A stretch of DNA of 64,000 nt from Chloroflexi bacterium HGW-Chloroflexi-6 (GTDB lineage Bacteria; Chloroflexota; Anaerolineae; Anaerolineales; Villigracilaceae), in NCBI GenBank assembly GCA_002840685.1, contig PHBU01000020.1:471-64470 (forward strand). Reading direction: 5' to 3'. Every line of letters starts with the position of its first letter. Within the stretch, counting starts at the first letter, position 1. The notes beneath the pieces were generated by a model. It searched no databases, had not been told where the DNA came from, and saw only the letters and a list, made by a program, of their open reading frames with translations. Below are positions 16,204-25,767 of the stretch, one piece after another. Made by a program: the position numbers and the translations under genes.

Positions 16204-19091
16204 CTGACAATATCTTCGAAGACATCAAAAAGAGGCTCCGCCTTGAAGATCTGGTGAGGGAGGAAGGTTTCCCCTTACGTGGAAGCCGCGACGATTGGCG
16301 CGGTGATCGTGAAGATTGCAATAGCCTCGTCATCACCCGCGATCGGAAATCCGGAGAGATCTACTACTTCTGGAATTCTAAGAGCGAGGGCGGCGATCAC
16401 ATCAATTGGATCAAGAACCGGCGTGGCATGGACACTAAGGCCGCGGTTGAATATCTCTGCCAGAAGGCGGGCCTTGAACTGCCGGACTGGACCAAGCAGG
16501 ATGCCGCGGCCTGGGCAACCGGCAAGGCTCGTGAAGATGTGATGACCATCGCCACCAGAGTCTTTCATGGGTTTTTGCAATCTACGCCAGCAATGAAGGC
16601 GTATTGCCAGGGCCGCGGGTGGACAGATGAAACGGTAACAAAGGCTCGGTTGGGTTTCAGCGGATCTGCTACTGCTGCTGAAATCAAAACAATGCGCGAT
16701 GAATTTTTCGCCAATGGCATCGATCCAGAAAGCCCTGCTGCTGTGGCTGTACTTGGTTTCCGCGGCGACGTGGCTGGCTGGGCACAAAAGCACAACATGA
16801 TGCAGGCGCTGAAAACAGACGATATCAGTAAGGGATACATTGCCGGGTTTATGAGCAGCCCCAGGCTGGTTTATCCGCACTTGCTGTATGAAACGGTTAC
16901 ATACATCTCAAGCCGTAACCTTATTTGGGATGACGGGAAACTGATCAACAACCCTGATAAAAAGTTCAAATCGTTCAACCCTCGTAAAGAATTCATGGGG
17001 GATCGCCAGCCTTATTTTGGCCATAACTATCGCGCGGATGACAAGGAAATCGTCATCGTCGAGGGGCCTCCAGATGCAATAACAATGAGCCAGTGGGGTT
17101 ATGTGCCGGTCGGTTTGGTAGGCGTACACCTGGATGAGTTCTGGGGCAAAACGCTGGTCGACCGGCATGAGACGATCTACTTTGCAACAGACGGGGATGA
17201 TGCTGGCCAAACTGCCATCCGCGGTAAAAAAGGTGACTGGCCGCTGGCCGACGAGTTAGGTCCGTTGGTGCGGGTCATGCGCTGGCCGGTGAAGGATGCC
17301 AACGATCTGCGCCAGGAATATCAGAAACGCGGTGTGGCTGATGAGCGCCAGGTCAAACGGGTGCAGTATCGGCTCGACTGCGCGACTCCTGTTGCCATTT
17401 TGGCAGCAAAAACTGCCAGGGATATGCGCGAGAGCGCTGAAAAAGAGAAGGCGGTCGAGCGGGCCTTTGAAATAATCGCAAAAATACCAGCAAAGAAAGT
17501 CGGGCTGATGGCTGCCCAGTTGTTGAAGGCAACCGGCATGAAGTATGCCGAATTCAACCGGGCGCTGAAGGCGGTCAGGGGTGATGCAACAGGGGATGAT
17601 GATGAAAAATTCATGATGCGCGAAACGACTGCCGGAGGCTGGTACCCAACCAATGATGACGGTACTGAAGGCTACCTGGTGGAGCTGCTATTTGATGCAA
17701 AAAAGCAAAAGGCACGCCTGGCATATGCGCAGATCGACCTGCTGCACCCGGAAAAACGCGAGATCAGCGAGGCTTCATACGTGGATATCAACGGCGTTCG
17801 CTACGAGCCATATATGGATGACAACATCCGCTACGGAACGGTGATGCTACCAAGTGAACTGGGTCCGGATAAGCCCACAAACGAGCTGCTGGCTCAGTTG
17901 GAATTCTATGTGCGGCGATATTTCCTGATGGATCGTCACCTGGACTTCAAGACAGCGGCAATGTATGCGCTCTTCACCTGGGTATACGACTCATTCGATG
18001 CGCTGCCCTTCCTGCGCGCGCGAGGCGGGCCGGGTTCGGGCAAGTCTGAACTCATGCTGCTGATCGGGCGAGTGTGCTACCGGATGATGATTACCAGTTC
18101 ATTGACCAGCCTGGCGGGCTTCAAGGGCATGGCGCACTTGTATGACGGGACCCTGATGATCGATGAAGTGGACAGCATCCCGAGAGAGATGCAGGAAGAG
18201 CTGCGGGCGCTGCTGAATGGACGTGCGATGGCCGAGCAGGCCAGGATCATCACCATGATGCAGATCATGAAGCCAGATGGCACCACAACTTACACCCCCA
18301 CCACGACCTACGTTTATGGACCAACCCTGATGACGATGTACGGGGCCTTCAAAGATCCGGCGACCGAGACCAGGTGCATTACCTTTGATTTGTTCCAGAA
18401 AACGGTGGCTGAACTGGAAGAAGCTGGGATCGAGCCAGGTGTGGTGCAGCCCACAATGAAAACTGATGCGCAGACACTGCGTAATATGCTGATCCGCTGG
18501 CGTCTGAAGACCTGGTTGCCATCTTTGCAGGTCCCTGCGGGAGTGAAGTTGTTCAACCGTGAAGTTTCGCCGCGCATCAATCAGATTTTTCGACCGCTGA
18601 TGATCCTGGCTTACATGCTGAAGGATGATCAGATGATGGAAGACATCAAAGCGATCATGGTCGACAACTACCAGGATGAGCTGAACCGGCGCGCCGGTTC
18701 GTTCGAGGCGATGTTGCTGCGAGCAGTGATCGCAGTCGATGAAGACGAGAAATGGAAACAATATGTGCAACAGGGCAAGCTCGGCACGCACGGTGTGGTG
18801 CGATATGTGCTCTACAAAGACCTGGCTTATGTGACCAATGAAATCATGGATGCCGAGAATATGAACGAAAACGCCAGCGAGAAGAAGAAAAAGGACTCGG
18901 ACTCGGTCAAAGCTAACACGATCGGCACCGTTTGCCGAGATGCTTTCAGGCTGCCGGTGGCTCGGACTGGCAAGGGCTGGGTGGTTGTGTTGGATAAATC
19001 CAGGCTGCAGATCGGAAAGCTTCGGTTTGGCCTGCGCGATATCGAAGTGCCGATAGAAGAAAAGGCGCAACAGGTTGAGATGAAAATTTAA
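16200..19091 (+). CDS. Primase (Toprim) / P-loop NTPase replication protein
   Basis: Toprim motifs IVIVEGPPDAITMSQ and FATDGDDAGQ. Walker A GGPGSGKSE and Walker B LMIDEVD in the C-terminal half. Confidence 0.75.
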   Translation: MTDNIFEDIKKRLRLEDLVREEGFPLRGSRDDWRGDREDCNSLVITRDRKSGEIYYFWNSKSEGGDHINWIKNRRGMDTKAAVEYLCQKAGLELPDWTKQDAAAWATGKAREDVMTIATRVFHGFLQSTPAMKAYCQGRGWTDETVTKARLGFSGSATAAEIKTMRDEFFANGIDPESPAAVAVLGFRGDVAGWAQKHNMMQALKTDDISKGYIAGFMSSPRLVYPHLLYETVTYISSRNLIWDDGKLINNPDKKFKSFNPRKEFMGDRQPYFGHNYRADDKEIVIVEGPPDAITMSQWGYVPVGLVGVHLDEFWGKTLVDRHETIYFATDGDDAGQTAIRGKKGDWPLADELGPLVRVMRWPVKDANDLRQEYQKRGVADERQVKRVQYRLDCATPVAILAAKTARDMRESAEKEKAVERAFEIIAKIPAKKVGLMAAQLLKATGMKYAEFNRALKAVRGDATGDDDEKFMMRETTAGGWYPTNDDGTEGYLVELLFDAKKQKARLAYAQIDLLHPEKREISEASYVDINGVRYEPYMDDNIRYGTVMLPSELGPDKPTNELLAQLEFYVRRYFLMDRHLDFKTAAMYALFTWVYDSFDALPFLRARGGPGSGKSELMLLIGRVCYRMMITSSLTSLAGFKGMAHLYDGTLMIDEVDSIPREMQEELRALLNGRAMAEQARIITMMQIMKPDGTTTYTPTTTYVYGPTLMTMYGAFKDPATETRCITFDLFQKTVAELEEAGIEPGVVQPTMKTDAQTLRNMLIRWRLKTWLPSLQVPAGVKLFNREVSPRINQIFRPLMILAYMLKDDQMMEDIKAIMVDNYQDELNRRAGSFEAMLLRAVIAVDEDEKWKQYVQQGKLGTHGVVRYVLYKDLAYVTNEIMDAENMNENASEKKKKDSDSVKANTIGTVCRDAFRLPVARTGKGWVVVLDKSRLQIGKLRFGLRDIEVPIEEKAQQVEMKI

Positions 19092-19415
19092 TGAACCGTT
19101 GTGATTGCTAATGAACCCCATTCTCTGTAAAGGGCAAAAAAAATATTTTTTTGAAAAATAGGCCAAAAAACAAAATATTTCTCCAAAGAAAGGGCTTATC
19201 CGGGTTCATTTTTCTGCATAAGGTTCATAAATTGGCCCGGAAAGCCAAAACCATGAAAAAACAAGCAAGAACAACAACCGGAGGTAGATATTTTATGAAC
19301 ATTATGAATTCTTGTGTTGCGGGCAAGTGTAAAGGCAATTTTTTTGACATGGGTAAAGGAATTCAAAATTTAATGAACCTTGGAAAAAGGCGAATTTCAT
19401 AAAGGTTCATTAATC
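19085..19415. repeat. Iteron cluster / putative phage replication origin
   Basis: TAATGAACC occurs at 19089, 19109 and 19371 (+) and at 19404 (-). Near-copies occur at 19203 (-) and 19222 (-). The 330-bp non-coding stretch is AT-rich with A/T runs. Confidence 0.55.
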
Positions 19416-19490
19416 GTGCAGAAGTGGAGTGAGTATGAATATTTACATGATATCGGGCGGTAACTGCATCTTACTACAGGAGATGAAACC

Positions 19491-19826
19491 ATGATTCTCG
19501 GTGCAATCCTCTTTGTTTTTGCGGCGCTTGTAGCGTTGTTCGGATTGGGCTTGTTGGTTTCAACTGACCTGGGCGTGCCGGATATTGATGCTGCAGCAGA
19601 TGTAATGGGGGAGCGCTTATTTTTGGATGGTATGGAGCGAAAAGCGGCTGATGAAATGAACCAGGCGAAGCTACTTCAAGTGAAGGATGCGCGAGAAGCC
19701 CTAGAAAAATTTGTAGTTAGCCAGGGCTTTCATAATGACGACTCGTCGCGCTGGTTACCAGGTGGCCGCGAGAACTACATGGATGCGCTTCGCAAGATTT
19801 ATGGCAGCGTGGGAGGTGAGCGATGA
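19491..19826 (+). CDS. Small N-terminally anchored membrane protein
   Basis: TM segment ILGAILFVFAALVALFGLGLLV. Coupled to the next gene. Confidence 0.5.
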   Translation: MILGAILFVFAALVALFGLGLLVSTDLGVPDIDAAADVMGERLFLDGMERKAADEMNQAKLLQVKDAREALEKFVVSQGFHNDDSSRWLPGGRENYMDALRKIYGSVGGER

Positions 19827-20815
19827 AACAATCTGCGATTGGTTATCTTCTATTTGCACTGTTTCTGGCAGCGTGCGGTGCATATTTCTGGGAGTCTGAG
19901 AAAGAAATGTCTATGGTACGAGCTGCGCCAGAAACAGATAGGCAGCCAGTTATCTTGGCCACGGCGACTTTATACATCGAGCCTGTTACTGTGACTCCAG
20001 CTCCAACGATCTACGTGACTCCGACTCCCAACGAGGCGGCGACCATAGCTCAGATTAACCTGGAAGCGGCGAATAAGAACTTGGAAGCATCTGGCAGACA
20101 GGCAACTGCGATCGTCGATGCGGCTAGGATCGCGGCGCAGGCACTAGCCCAGAAGTCTGAGAGCGATGAGCGTTTGGCCGGGCAGGCAGTCCTTCTGCAG
20201 GAGCTGGTCAACAAAGGCAAAACCATCGATGCGATGATGTTGTCTTTCGGGCTGCGGCGCGACGAGATCAACCTGGCACACGATCAACTCAACGAGGGCA
20301 AGAACAGGGTTTGGGTGGAAGCACTGTGGGCCTCGGCCTTGATTTGCTTGGCTGCCGCGATGGTGGTCACTGCTCTGTTGCGGAGATCGGTGCAACATGC
20401 GGCACCGGTAAAGCAGGTGCTGCATGTTGAAAAGCCGGGCGGCGGCACCGAGCGAATCCCTGCGCCACCAGTGCAAGATTATGAGAGCTTTATGGCGTGG
20501 GCCGGGGCGGTCGTGGCGGGTGAGACAGTTGCAGTCGACCATTGGGAGCAATCTGGAATGTTCGTGGGCAGCTATCGCAAGGTGCATAGCTGGTTGGTGC
20601 GCTGGCATCTGATCATGCGGCATCCTAAGTCTGGCAGGGCTGTGCTGAACCCAACAGGAGAGCGGGTGCTGGTGGAGTGGATTATTGCTTATCCCCTACC
20701 CCATAACAACGAAAGCGCAAAAAAAGCGGCCCTGTCGTCCGTACACACGGATTCCGTGACCACGGAAACGGTAGGGGAGGGGTTGTCGGGTGATTCATCA
20801 GGAGGTGCACTTTGA
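19823..20815 (+). CDS. Bitopic/two-TM protein with coiled coil and a C-terminal soluble domain
   Basis: N-terminal TM, T/P-rich linker, coiled coil, and a second TM (ALWASALICLAAAMVVTALL). ATGA-type overlaps on both sides. Confidence 0.5.
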   Translation: MKQSAIGYLLFALFLAACGAYFWESEKEMSMVRAAPETDRQPVILATATLYIEPVTVTPAPTIYVTPTPNEAATIAQINLEAANKNLEASGRQATAIVDAARIAAQALAQKSESDERLAGQAVLLQELVNKGKTIDAMMLSFGLRRDEINLAHDQLNEGKNRVWVEALWASALICLAAAMVVTALLRRSVQHAAPVKQVLHVEKPGGGTERIPAPPVQDYESFMAWAGAVVAGETVAVDHWEQSGMFVGSYRKVHSWLVRWHLIMRHPKSGRAVLNPTGERVLVEWIIAYPLPHNNESAKKAALSSVHTDSVTTETVGEGLSGDSSGGAL

Positions 20816-21654
20816 ACAAAATAACTGTAGTGGACTGGGTAGCGAGCTCGCTTCCAATAGCTGGCGGTCTGATCCCAGCAACGATGACATTTCATAATGC
20901 CCAGGCGCAGCTCGGGTTTGGAATTCCTGAGTCTTTTATCATCGGCGCTGTCGTTGAGGCTCTGGGTTTTGTAACGATCAAAACGAGTCTGGATATTTTG
21001 GCTCAGAACCAGAATGAGCATGGCAAGCCCTTTGATTCTGCATTCTGGCTTTCGTTGACAGGGACGCTCGTTTACTTGGTATCGGTGCTGATGGTTAACG
21101 CCATCCTGGATGATGGCGATATGTGGCGCAAGATCACACTTGCTTTGTTGAGCCTTTTTGGTTTGATCGGTGGTCTGATGATTGCGCTTCGAGATCACCT
21201 TTATAAGCGCCAGGTGGCATTGGAAGATGCTCAAGATCGCGCTTTGCGTGTGGCAGAAGATGAAAAACAACGAGCAGCTGAGCGCGAGACCGCTGAGATT
21301 GAGCATGCCTGGCAAATGGATCAAGAGCGCCTACGCCTGGAGCACGAGGAACGGATGCTCAAAATTGAAGAGGAAAGTCGCCGGAAGATTGCAAAAATTG
21401 AAGCGGGTAGTATCCGGAAACCATCCGGAGTGGTAACGGATGGTTCCGGAGGCCCTCCGGATGCTACCGATGATCATCCGGAAACCCGCCTGCGCTGGTC
21501 TGATGTATCTCCGGAAGATTACCGGTGGATTGTGGATGCTCCGGTGGGCGAAATCGTAAACCGTTACAAACTGACCGGTAAAGACCCGGAGAGACTTGCA
21601 AGAACATGGAAAAAGTATGCCCGCAATGGGCAAGGAAAGGCAGGTGTGCAATGA
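20812..21654 (+). CDS. Membrane protein (about 4 TM) with a charged coiled coil and a C-terminal HTH-like region
   Basis: Hydrophobic N-terminal half, E/R-rich helix, and the C-terminus EDYRWIVDAPVGEIVNRYKLTGKDPERLARTWKKY. Confidence 0.5.
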   Translation: MNKITVVDWVASSLPIAGGLIPATMTFHNAQAQLGFGIPESFIIGAVVEALGFVTIKTSLDILAQNQNEHGKPFDSAFWLSLTGTLVYLVSVLMVNAILDDGDMWRKITLALLSLFGLIGGLMIALRDHLYKRQVALEDAQDRALRVAEDEKQRAAERETAEIEHAWQMDQERLRLEHEERMLKIEEESRRKIAKIEAGSIRKPSGVVTDGSGGPPDATDDHPETRLRWSDVSPEDYRWIVDAPVGEIVNRYKLTGKDPERLARTWKKYARNGQGKAGVQ

Positions 21655-21881
21655 AAACAGGGATGCTTTGGTTCGATAATGACCCGAAGACGGCGCTTGA
21701 TGTGAAGGTACAGAAAGCCGCTGAATATTTCAGAAAGAAGTATGGTTCGAGCCCGGATTGCTGCCTGGTGCATCCGACGATGTTGGGCGAGTCTCTGCAC
21801 CAGGCAGGAAGTGTGACAGTGCGCCCTTGGCGGACGGTAACGCCTGGGCACTTATGGATCGGCGTGGAGGAAAAATCATGA
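21651..21881 (+). CDS. Hypothetical protein
   Basis: The ATG at 21651 overlaps the upstream stop (ATGA). I prefer it over the longer track ORF starting at 21606. Confidence 0.45.
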   Translation: MKTGMLWFDNDPKTALDVKVQKAAEYFRKKYGSSPDCCLVHPTMLGESLHQAGSVTVRPWRTVTPGHLWIGVEEKS

Positions 21882-22495
21882 ATGCACAAAATCTGCAATC
21901 TGCTCTGATTTTGCAACTGCGGGAAACCAGTAAGTTGGAAAAAAGGCGTGATTATATCGGTATCTCAAACATAAGCAAGTGTCCACGCCAGGCATACAGT
22001 GATCTGGTGCATGGATTCAATGGCACAGATTTTGCCCACCAGATGGCCTACGCGGGGTATCTCTTCGAGCAGGATGCGATCGCGCGCCTGGCTGCAATGG
22101 GTTTTGTGAAACAGGATGGCTCATTGAATGCCGAGGTTATGTGCCCGGCGAACCCGGCAATCCGTGGCCACGTTGATGGCGAAACGAACCTGGGCGACTT
22201 GCTGGAGATCAAGTCGGTCTCGAAGCGAAAGTTCGAGATATTGAGTTACCAAAACCGGCCACTCCATGAGCATACGGATCAAGTGCAGTTGTATATGCAC
22301 TACGGATACTGGAAAACTTGTCTGATCATTTACATCTGCCGGGAAACATTCGAGCACCGAGTTTTCGATGTTCGATACGATGCTGCGAAAGCGGGCGAGT
22401 TGGAAACCAAGATGCTCTCACTGGCAGAAGCGGTCAAACTCAAGAGTCCGCCAGCATGCACTTGTGGAAAGTGCGGAAGTAGGCACCATGAGTGA
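21878..22495 (+). CDS. PD-(D/E)xK (RecB/Cas4-like) nuclease
   Basis: GHVDGE...LLEIKSVS matches D...ExK. C-terminal cysteines CTCGKCG. The start at 21878 overlaps the previous stop. Confidence 0.6.
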   Translation: MNAQNLQSALILQLRETSKLEKRRDYIGISNISKCPRQAYSDLVHGFNGTDFAHQMAYAGYLFEQDAIARLAAMGFVKQDGSLNAEVMCPANPAIRGHVDGETNLGDLLEIKSVSKRKFEILSYQNRPLHEHTDQVQLYMHYGYWKTCLIIYICRETFEHRVFDVRYDAAKAGELETKMLSLAEAVKLKSPPACTCGKCGSRHHE

Positions 22496-22952
22496 TGTGG
22501 TTGTTTTGGAAAGTTCTCTGGACTTTCATTGGGTGGTCCACCTGCATGCGATGGCAAATTCGCGGGAGCATCTCGAAGCCTGGGCGGCAGAACAAATCGC
22601 AGGCCGGGAGTTTACTGCGCAGTCAGACGAACTGCGAATGTGGCACATCAAGGCTGCCTGGCCGGCGCGTGATTTTGTCGAGGTGCACTTTGCACCCAAG
22701 CCAAATGAACTGGTGCGTTGGCCATTGGTGGCCTGGCATTACGGGCAGCAACGGGTGAGCGAAGCAATGGCTGAGGCAGGTGTGGCCTTTGCGCTGGCAA
22801 CTGGCCGAGATCCGCTGTTCGCGCTTATTCGTCAGATGCCAGCCAGAGCGGAAGAGTTTGTAGAAGTGAAGGGAATAACCCTGTTGCAGGCTGACTGGGT
22901 GCCGACTGGATATCTCGCTGTTGGACGCGGCGGGATGCACTTGAAAGGATAG
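22488..22952 (+). CDS. Hypothetical protein
   Basis: Start MSDVVV at 22488 overlaps the upstream gene end. No motifs. Confidence 0.45.
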   Translation: MSDVVVLESSLDFHWVVHLHAMANSREHLEAWAAEQIAGREFTAQSDELRMWHIKAAWPARDFVEVHFAPKPNELVRWPLVAWHYGQQRVSEAMAEAGVAFALATGRDPLFALIRQMPARAEEFVEVKGITLLQADWVPTGYLAVGRGGMHLKG

Positions 22953-22956
22953 GACG

Positions 22957-23259
22957 ATGGACGGACTGAACTGGAAAAGGTGCCCTGGCGGGCATGTGCT
23001 GGGCGAGATTGTGCGCGAAGCTGTTGTCTATAATGGGCGGCGGATGTATGCCACAAGGTTGAAATTGTTTCGTCAGGCGATGACGGAGGCCGAGGCTGAT
23101 GTTATCCCTGGAAGTGTAGCCGCGACTATCGAGGGAACGGCACCAGAGTTATATTGCAGCATTTGTGACGCCACAACACCCTGGATCATTGGGCAGCACG
23201 AGACCGAGCGGCTGGTGGAACGATGGGTGACAAAAAGGCGGACCCTTGTTCAAGGGTAA
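22957..23259 (+). CDS. Small Cys-containing (zinc-ribbon-like) protein
   Basis: CPGGH...CSICD pattern. Last gene before a strong promoter. Confidence 0.45.
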   Translation: MDGLNWKRCPGGHVLGEIVREAVVYNGRRMYATRLKLFRQAMTEAEADVIPGSVAATIEGTAPELYCSICDATTPWIIGQHETERLVERWVTKRRTLVQG

Positions 23260-23282
23260 CCAGAGAAGTGTACTTATGCGAC

Positions 23283-23311
23283 TTGCAAACATAGAACGCA
23301 TGTGCTAAAAT
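23283..23311 (+). promoter_or_regulatory. Strong sigma70-type promoter
   Basis: TTGCAA (23283-23288), 17-nt spacer, TAAAAT (23306-23311). Confidence 0.65.
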
Positions 23312-23322
23312 CTAACTACAGG

Positions 23323-23356
23323 CGCCTGTCATCCCTAAAAGGGATGATAGGCGTTT
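23323..23356 (+). promoter_or_regulatory. Promoter-proximal 13-14 bp stem-loop (5' stabiliser or weak attenuator)
   Basis: CGCCTGTCATCCCT-aaa-AGGGATGATAGGCG followed by TTT. It starts about 5-10 nt after the predicted TSS. Confidence 0.5.
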
Positions 23357-23383
23357 CGCATTTAACCATATGGAGGTAGGAAG

Positions 23384-23995
23384 ATGTCTTTACAAAAGCC
23401 GACTTATCAGCTCATGCTCGATCTGGATTTACCAGAAGGTGGGGAAGCCATTACCGATGACGAGCGAATCCGCAGCGAGGCCGCTCGCAGCGCACTGGAC
23501 TCCTTGTTTGGTAAAGTTGGTGCTCCCAGGTGGTTGGATGAATATCTAGAATTAACACGCGGTGGCTGGCCCTGGAGGGTTGCTGCATATATAGCCTGGG
23601 CATCCACCCCACGAGTCAGCCGGGAACCAAAAACGCAGGATCTACTGGCGCGCGAGTACCTTGGGCTTAATAGCGATCGGGTAATTTCAACCTGGCGCAA
23701 ACGCAACCCGGCAATCGAAGAGATGATTCGCCAAATGCAGGCCTCTCCGCTTTTCAAGCATAGGGCAGAGATATTTAATGCGCTTGTGGCTGTGGCAGTC
23801 AAGCCGGAATATAAAAGCCACAATGACCGCAAGCTGGCTTTTGAACTGATGGGAGATTACGTACCGGCCAGCAAGGCATTCTTGGCCATGACTGGAAAAA
23901 TCAAAGGAAAAGACTTAAGCAAGTTGAGCATTGATGAATTAATGGAATTGGCAGCATCTATGGAGGATGAAAACAATGAGCACGCTGAAAACTGA
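23384..23995 (+). CDS. Terminase small subunit-like protein, paralog 1
   Basis: Clear paralog of the 26592-27227 protein, which sits directly upstream of TerL. Shared blocks are W.W..AAYIAW.S.P and YLGL.SDR.ISTWRKRNPAIE. Confidence 0.55.
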   Translation: MSLQKPTYQLMLDLDLPEGGEAITDDERIRSEAARSALDSLFGKVGAPRWLDEYLELTRGGWPWRVAAYIAWASTPRVSREPKTQDLLAREYLGLNSDRVISTWRKRNPAIEEMIRQMQASPLFKHRAEIFNALVAVAVKPEYKSHNDRKLAFELMGDYVPASKAFLAMTGKIKGKDLSKLSIDELMELAASMEDENNEHAEN

Positions 23996-25196
23996 CCAGA
24001 ATAATGCAAACCAGGGAACAGACCGAGGCCGTGAGCTGCTTGAGCAATCTTTGCAAGAGCTGGGAGCTGGCCGTTCCATCTTGGCCGATAAAGATGGCTC
24101 AATCATCGCAGGGAACAAAACCTACGAAACCGCCCAGAAGTTGGGCTACAGCATCCGGATCGTTCCAAGCGATGGGAAAGAACTGGTCGTTGTCCAGCGT
24201 ACTGATCTTGATTTGTCGCAGCCCACCGGCGAAGCACGGCGTTTGGCATACATGGATAATCGGGTGGCGGAACTGGATCTGGCTTGGGATGCAGAGCAAG
24301 TGGCTCATGATATTGAAATTGGTATGGATCTAGTTGAACTGGGGTTTACTGATAAAGAACTGATGAACCTACTTCTCGAGCTCGAACAATCAAAAGAAGA
24401 ATTAAAAGACCCAGGGCCGCAACTCGAGCGTGCTGATGAATTCCAAAAGAAATGGCAGGTGCAGGAAGGCCAGCTTTGGCAATTGGGTGCCCACAGGGTA
24501 ATGTGTGGGGATTCAACAAATGCAGGCCACGTGGGGCTTCTGTTGGGCAACGAACGCGCAACCTTATGCTGGACAGATCCACCTTGGAACGTCAACTATG
24601 GAGGTAGCGATCACCCGAGTTGGAAAAAGCGAACCATGAATAATGACAACCTCGGAGACAAGTTTCCTGAATTTGTTGCAGCTTTTGTGAAGAACATTTG
24701 GGATTTTTGCATCCCAGGAGCGGTGATCTACCTGGTGATGGGGGCCCAGGAATGGCCGGTGGTAGATAAGGTTTTGCGTGACAACAAGTTTCACTGGTCG
24801 AGCACGATCATTTGGGTAAAAGATCAACTGGTGCTCTCGCGCAAAGATTACCACACCCAATATGAGCCTATGTGGTATGGCTGGAAGTCGGATGCTGCTC
24901 GAGCGCGCGAAGTGATAAATCGTAAGGTTTCGGACGTTTGGATGATTGATCGGCCAAAAGTATCTGAAGATCATCCCACAGAAAAACCCCTGCAGTTGAT
25001 TGAGCAGTCTCTGGAAAATTCCAGTTTGCCAAACGATCTTGTACTCGAACCATTTTCTGGGGGCGGCTCTACCTTGATAGCTTGCGAACGAACCGGACGG
25101 CGATGCGTTGCTATGGAAAATGATCCCAAGTACGTGGCGGTTAACCTGGAAAGGTGGAGTGTAATGACCGGAAATCTCCCCCAACTTCTCACATAA
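23967..25196 (+). CDS. ParB-like nuclease domain fused to a DNA methyltransferase
   Basis: N-terminal ParB/Srx-like region (SIIAGNKTYETAQKLG). Motif IV TDPPWN and motif I EPFSGGGSTLIACE. Confidence 0.75.
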   Translation: MKTMSTLKTDQNNANQGTDRGRELLEQSLQELGAGRSILADKDGSIIAGNKTYETAQKLGYSIRIVPSDGKELVVVQRTDLDLSQPTGEARRLAYMDNRVAELDLAWDAEQVAHDIEIGMDLVELGFTDKELMNLLLELEQSKEELKDPGPQLERADEFQKKWQVQEGQLWQLGAHRVMCGDSTNAGHVGLLLGNERATLCWTDPPWNVNYGGSDHPSWKKRTMNNDNLGDKFPEFVAAFVKNIWDFCIPGAVIYLVMGAQEWPVVDKVLRDNKFHWSSTIIWVKDQLVLSRKDYHTQYEPMWYGWKSDAARAREVINRKVSDVWMIDRPKVSEDHPTEKPLQLIEQSLENSSLPNDLVLEPFSGGGSTLIACERTGRRCVAMENDPKYVAVNLERWSVMTGNLPQLLT

Positions 25197-25251
25197 ATGA
25201 CTTGACTTACTTGGCACTCAGAGGGAACATGAACGCAACAAGGAGCCCAAG

Positions 25252-25545
25252 ATGACAACTCAAAAACCTTTTACCCCCAACACAACAAAGAAACTTGAGA
25301 AGATGGCCACAGCCGCCAACAAAATCAGCGAAGCCATGAAGGCGCTTGAAGAAGCTAAAAAATACTCAGATGACTGGGCAGAGTGGGAAACGCTGCAATA
25401 CTTCAAGCATCAACTGCAAGAATTTATGAGCCAAGATAATGGCGAGGCCGGTTTTGAACCCTACGTAGCAAAAGTTGAAAGAGAAGAAAAAAGAATGCAT
25501 GCTTTCAACCGTCAAGGAAGAAGGGTGAGGGTTGTAGTTCCCTAA
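25252..25545 (+). CDS. Hypothetical acidic helical protein
   Basis: Operon position. A strong terminator follows. Confidence 0.45.
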   Translation: MTTQKPFTPNTTKKLEKMATAANKISEAMKALEEAKKYSDDWAEWETLQYFKHQLQEFMSQDNGEAGFEPYVAKVEREEKRMHAFNRQGRRVRVVVP

Positions 25546-25552
25546 TAACTTG

Positions 25553-25597
25553 CACACAACAAAAATACCCGGTTTTCCGGGTATTTTTTGTTGTGTG
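25553..25597. terminator. Bidirectional intrinsic terminator
   Basis: Long palindrome CACACAACAAAAATACCCGG-tttt-CCGGGTATTTTTTGTTGTGTG. Confidence 0.8.
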
Positions 25598-25614
25598 CGT
25601 TCTTTAAAAGACTC

Positions 25615-25643
25615 TTGACAAGCGAGTCAGTTTGTTTTAAGAT
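25615..25643 (+). promoter_or_regulatory. Strong promoter of the packaging/structural operon
   Basis: TTGACA (25615-25620), 17-nt spacer, TAAGAT (25638-25643). Confidence 0.65.
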
Positions 25644-25727
25644 GATAGTGTATTCAGTTGATATTGATTTTCACTATCAATAACAAGCAGGCCCGGCACT
25701 TTGGCGCGGGCGACTTGGACGGCATGA

Positions 25728-25767
25728 GCACCCGTCGCGTATAGAACGCGACGGGTGCTTTTCGTTT
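25728..25767 (+). terminator. Promoter-proximal intrinsic terminator (candidate antitermination target)
   Basis: Perfect 12-bp stem GCACCCGTCGCG/CGCGACGGGTGC with a 7-nt loop, then TTTTCGTTT. It lies about 80-115 nt after the promoter and 25 nt before the first late ORF. Confidence 0.7.

Noticed and set aside
18099-19166. 355-aa minus-strand ORF antisense to the primase-helicase gene.
   Set aside because: It is a shadow ORF opposite a gene with clear Toprim and P-loop motifs. Its composition is Arg/His/Leu/Gln-rich, typical of antisense frames.
19151-19402. 83-aa ORF in the gap after the primase gene.
   Set aside because: It lies entirely within the AT-rich iteron region. Its sequence is low-complexity and Lys/Asn/Phe-rich, and it has no SD. 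The region is better explained as origin DNA.
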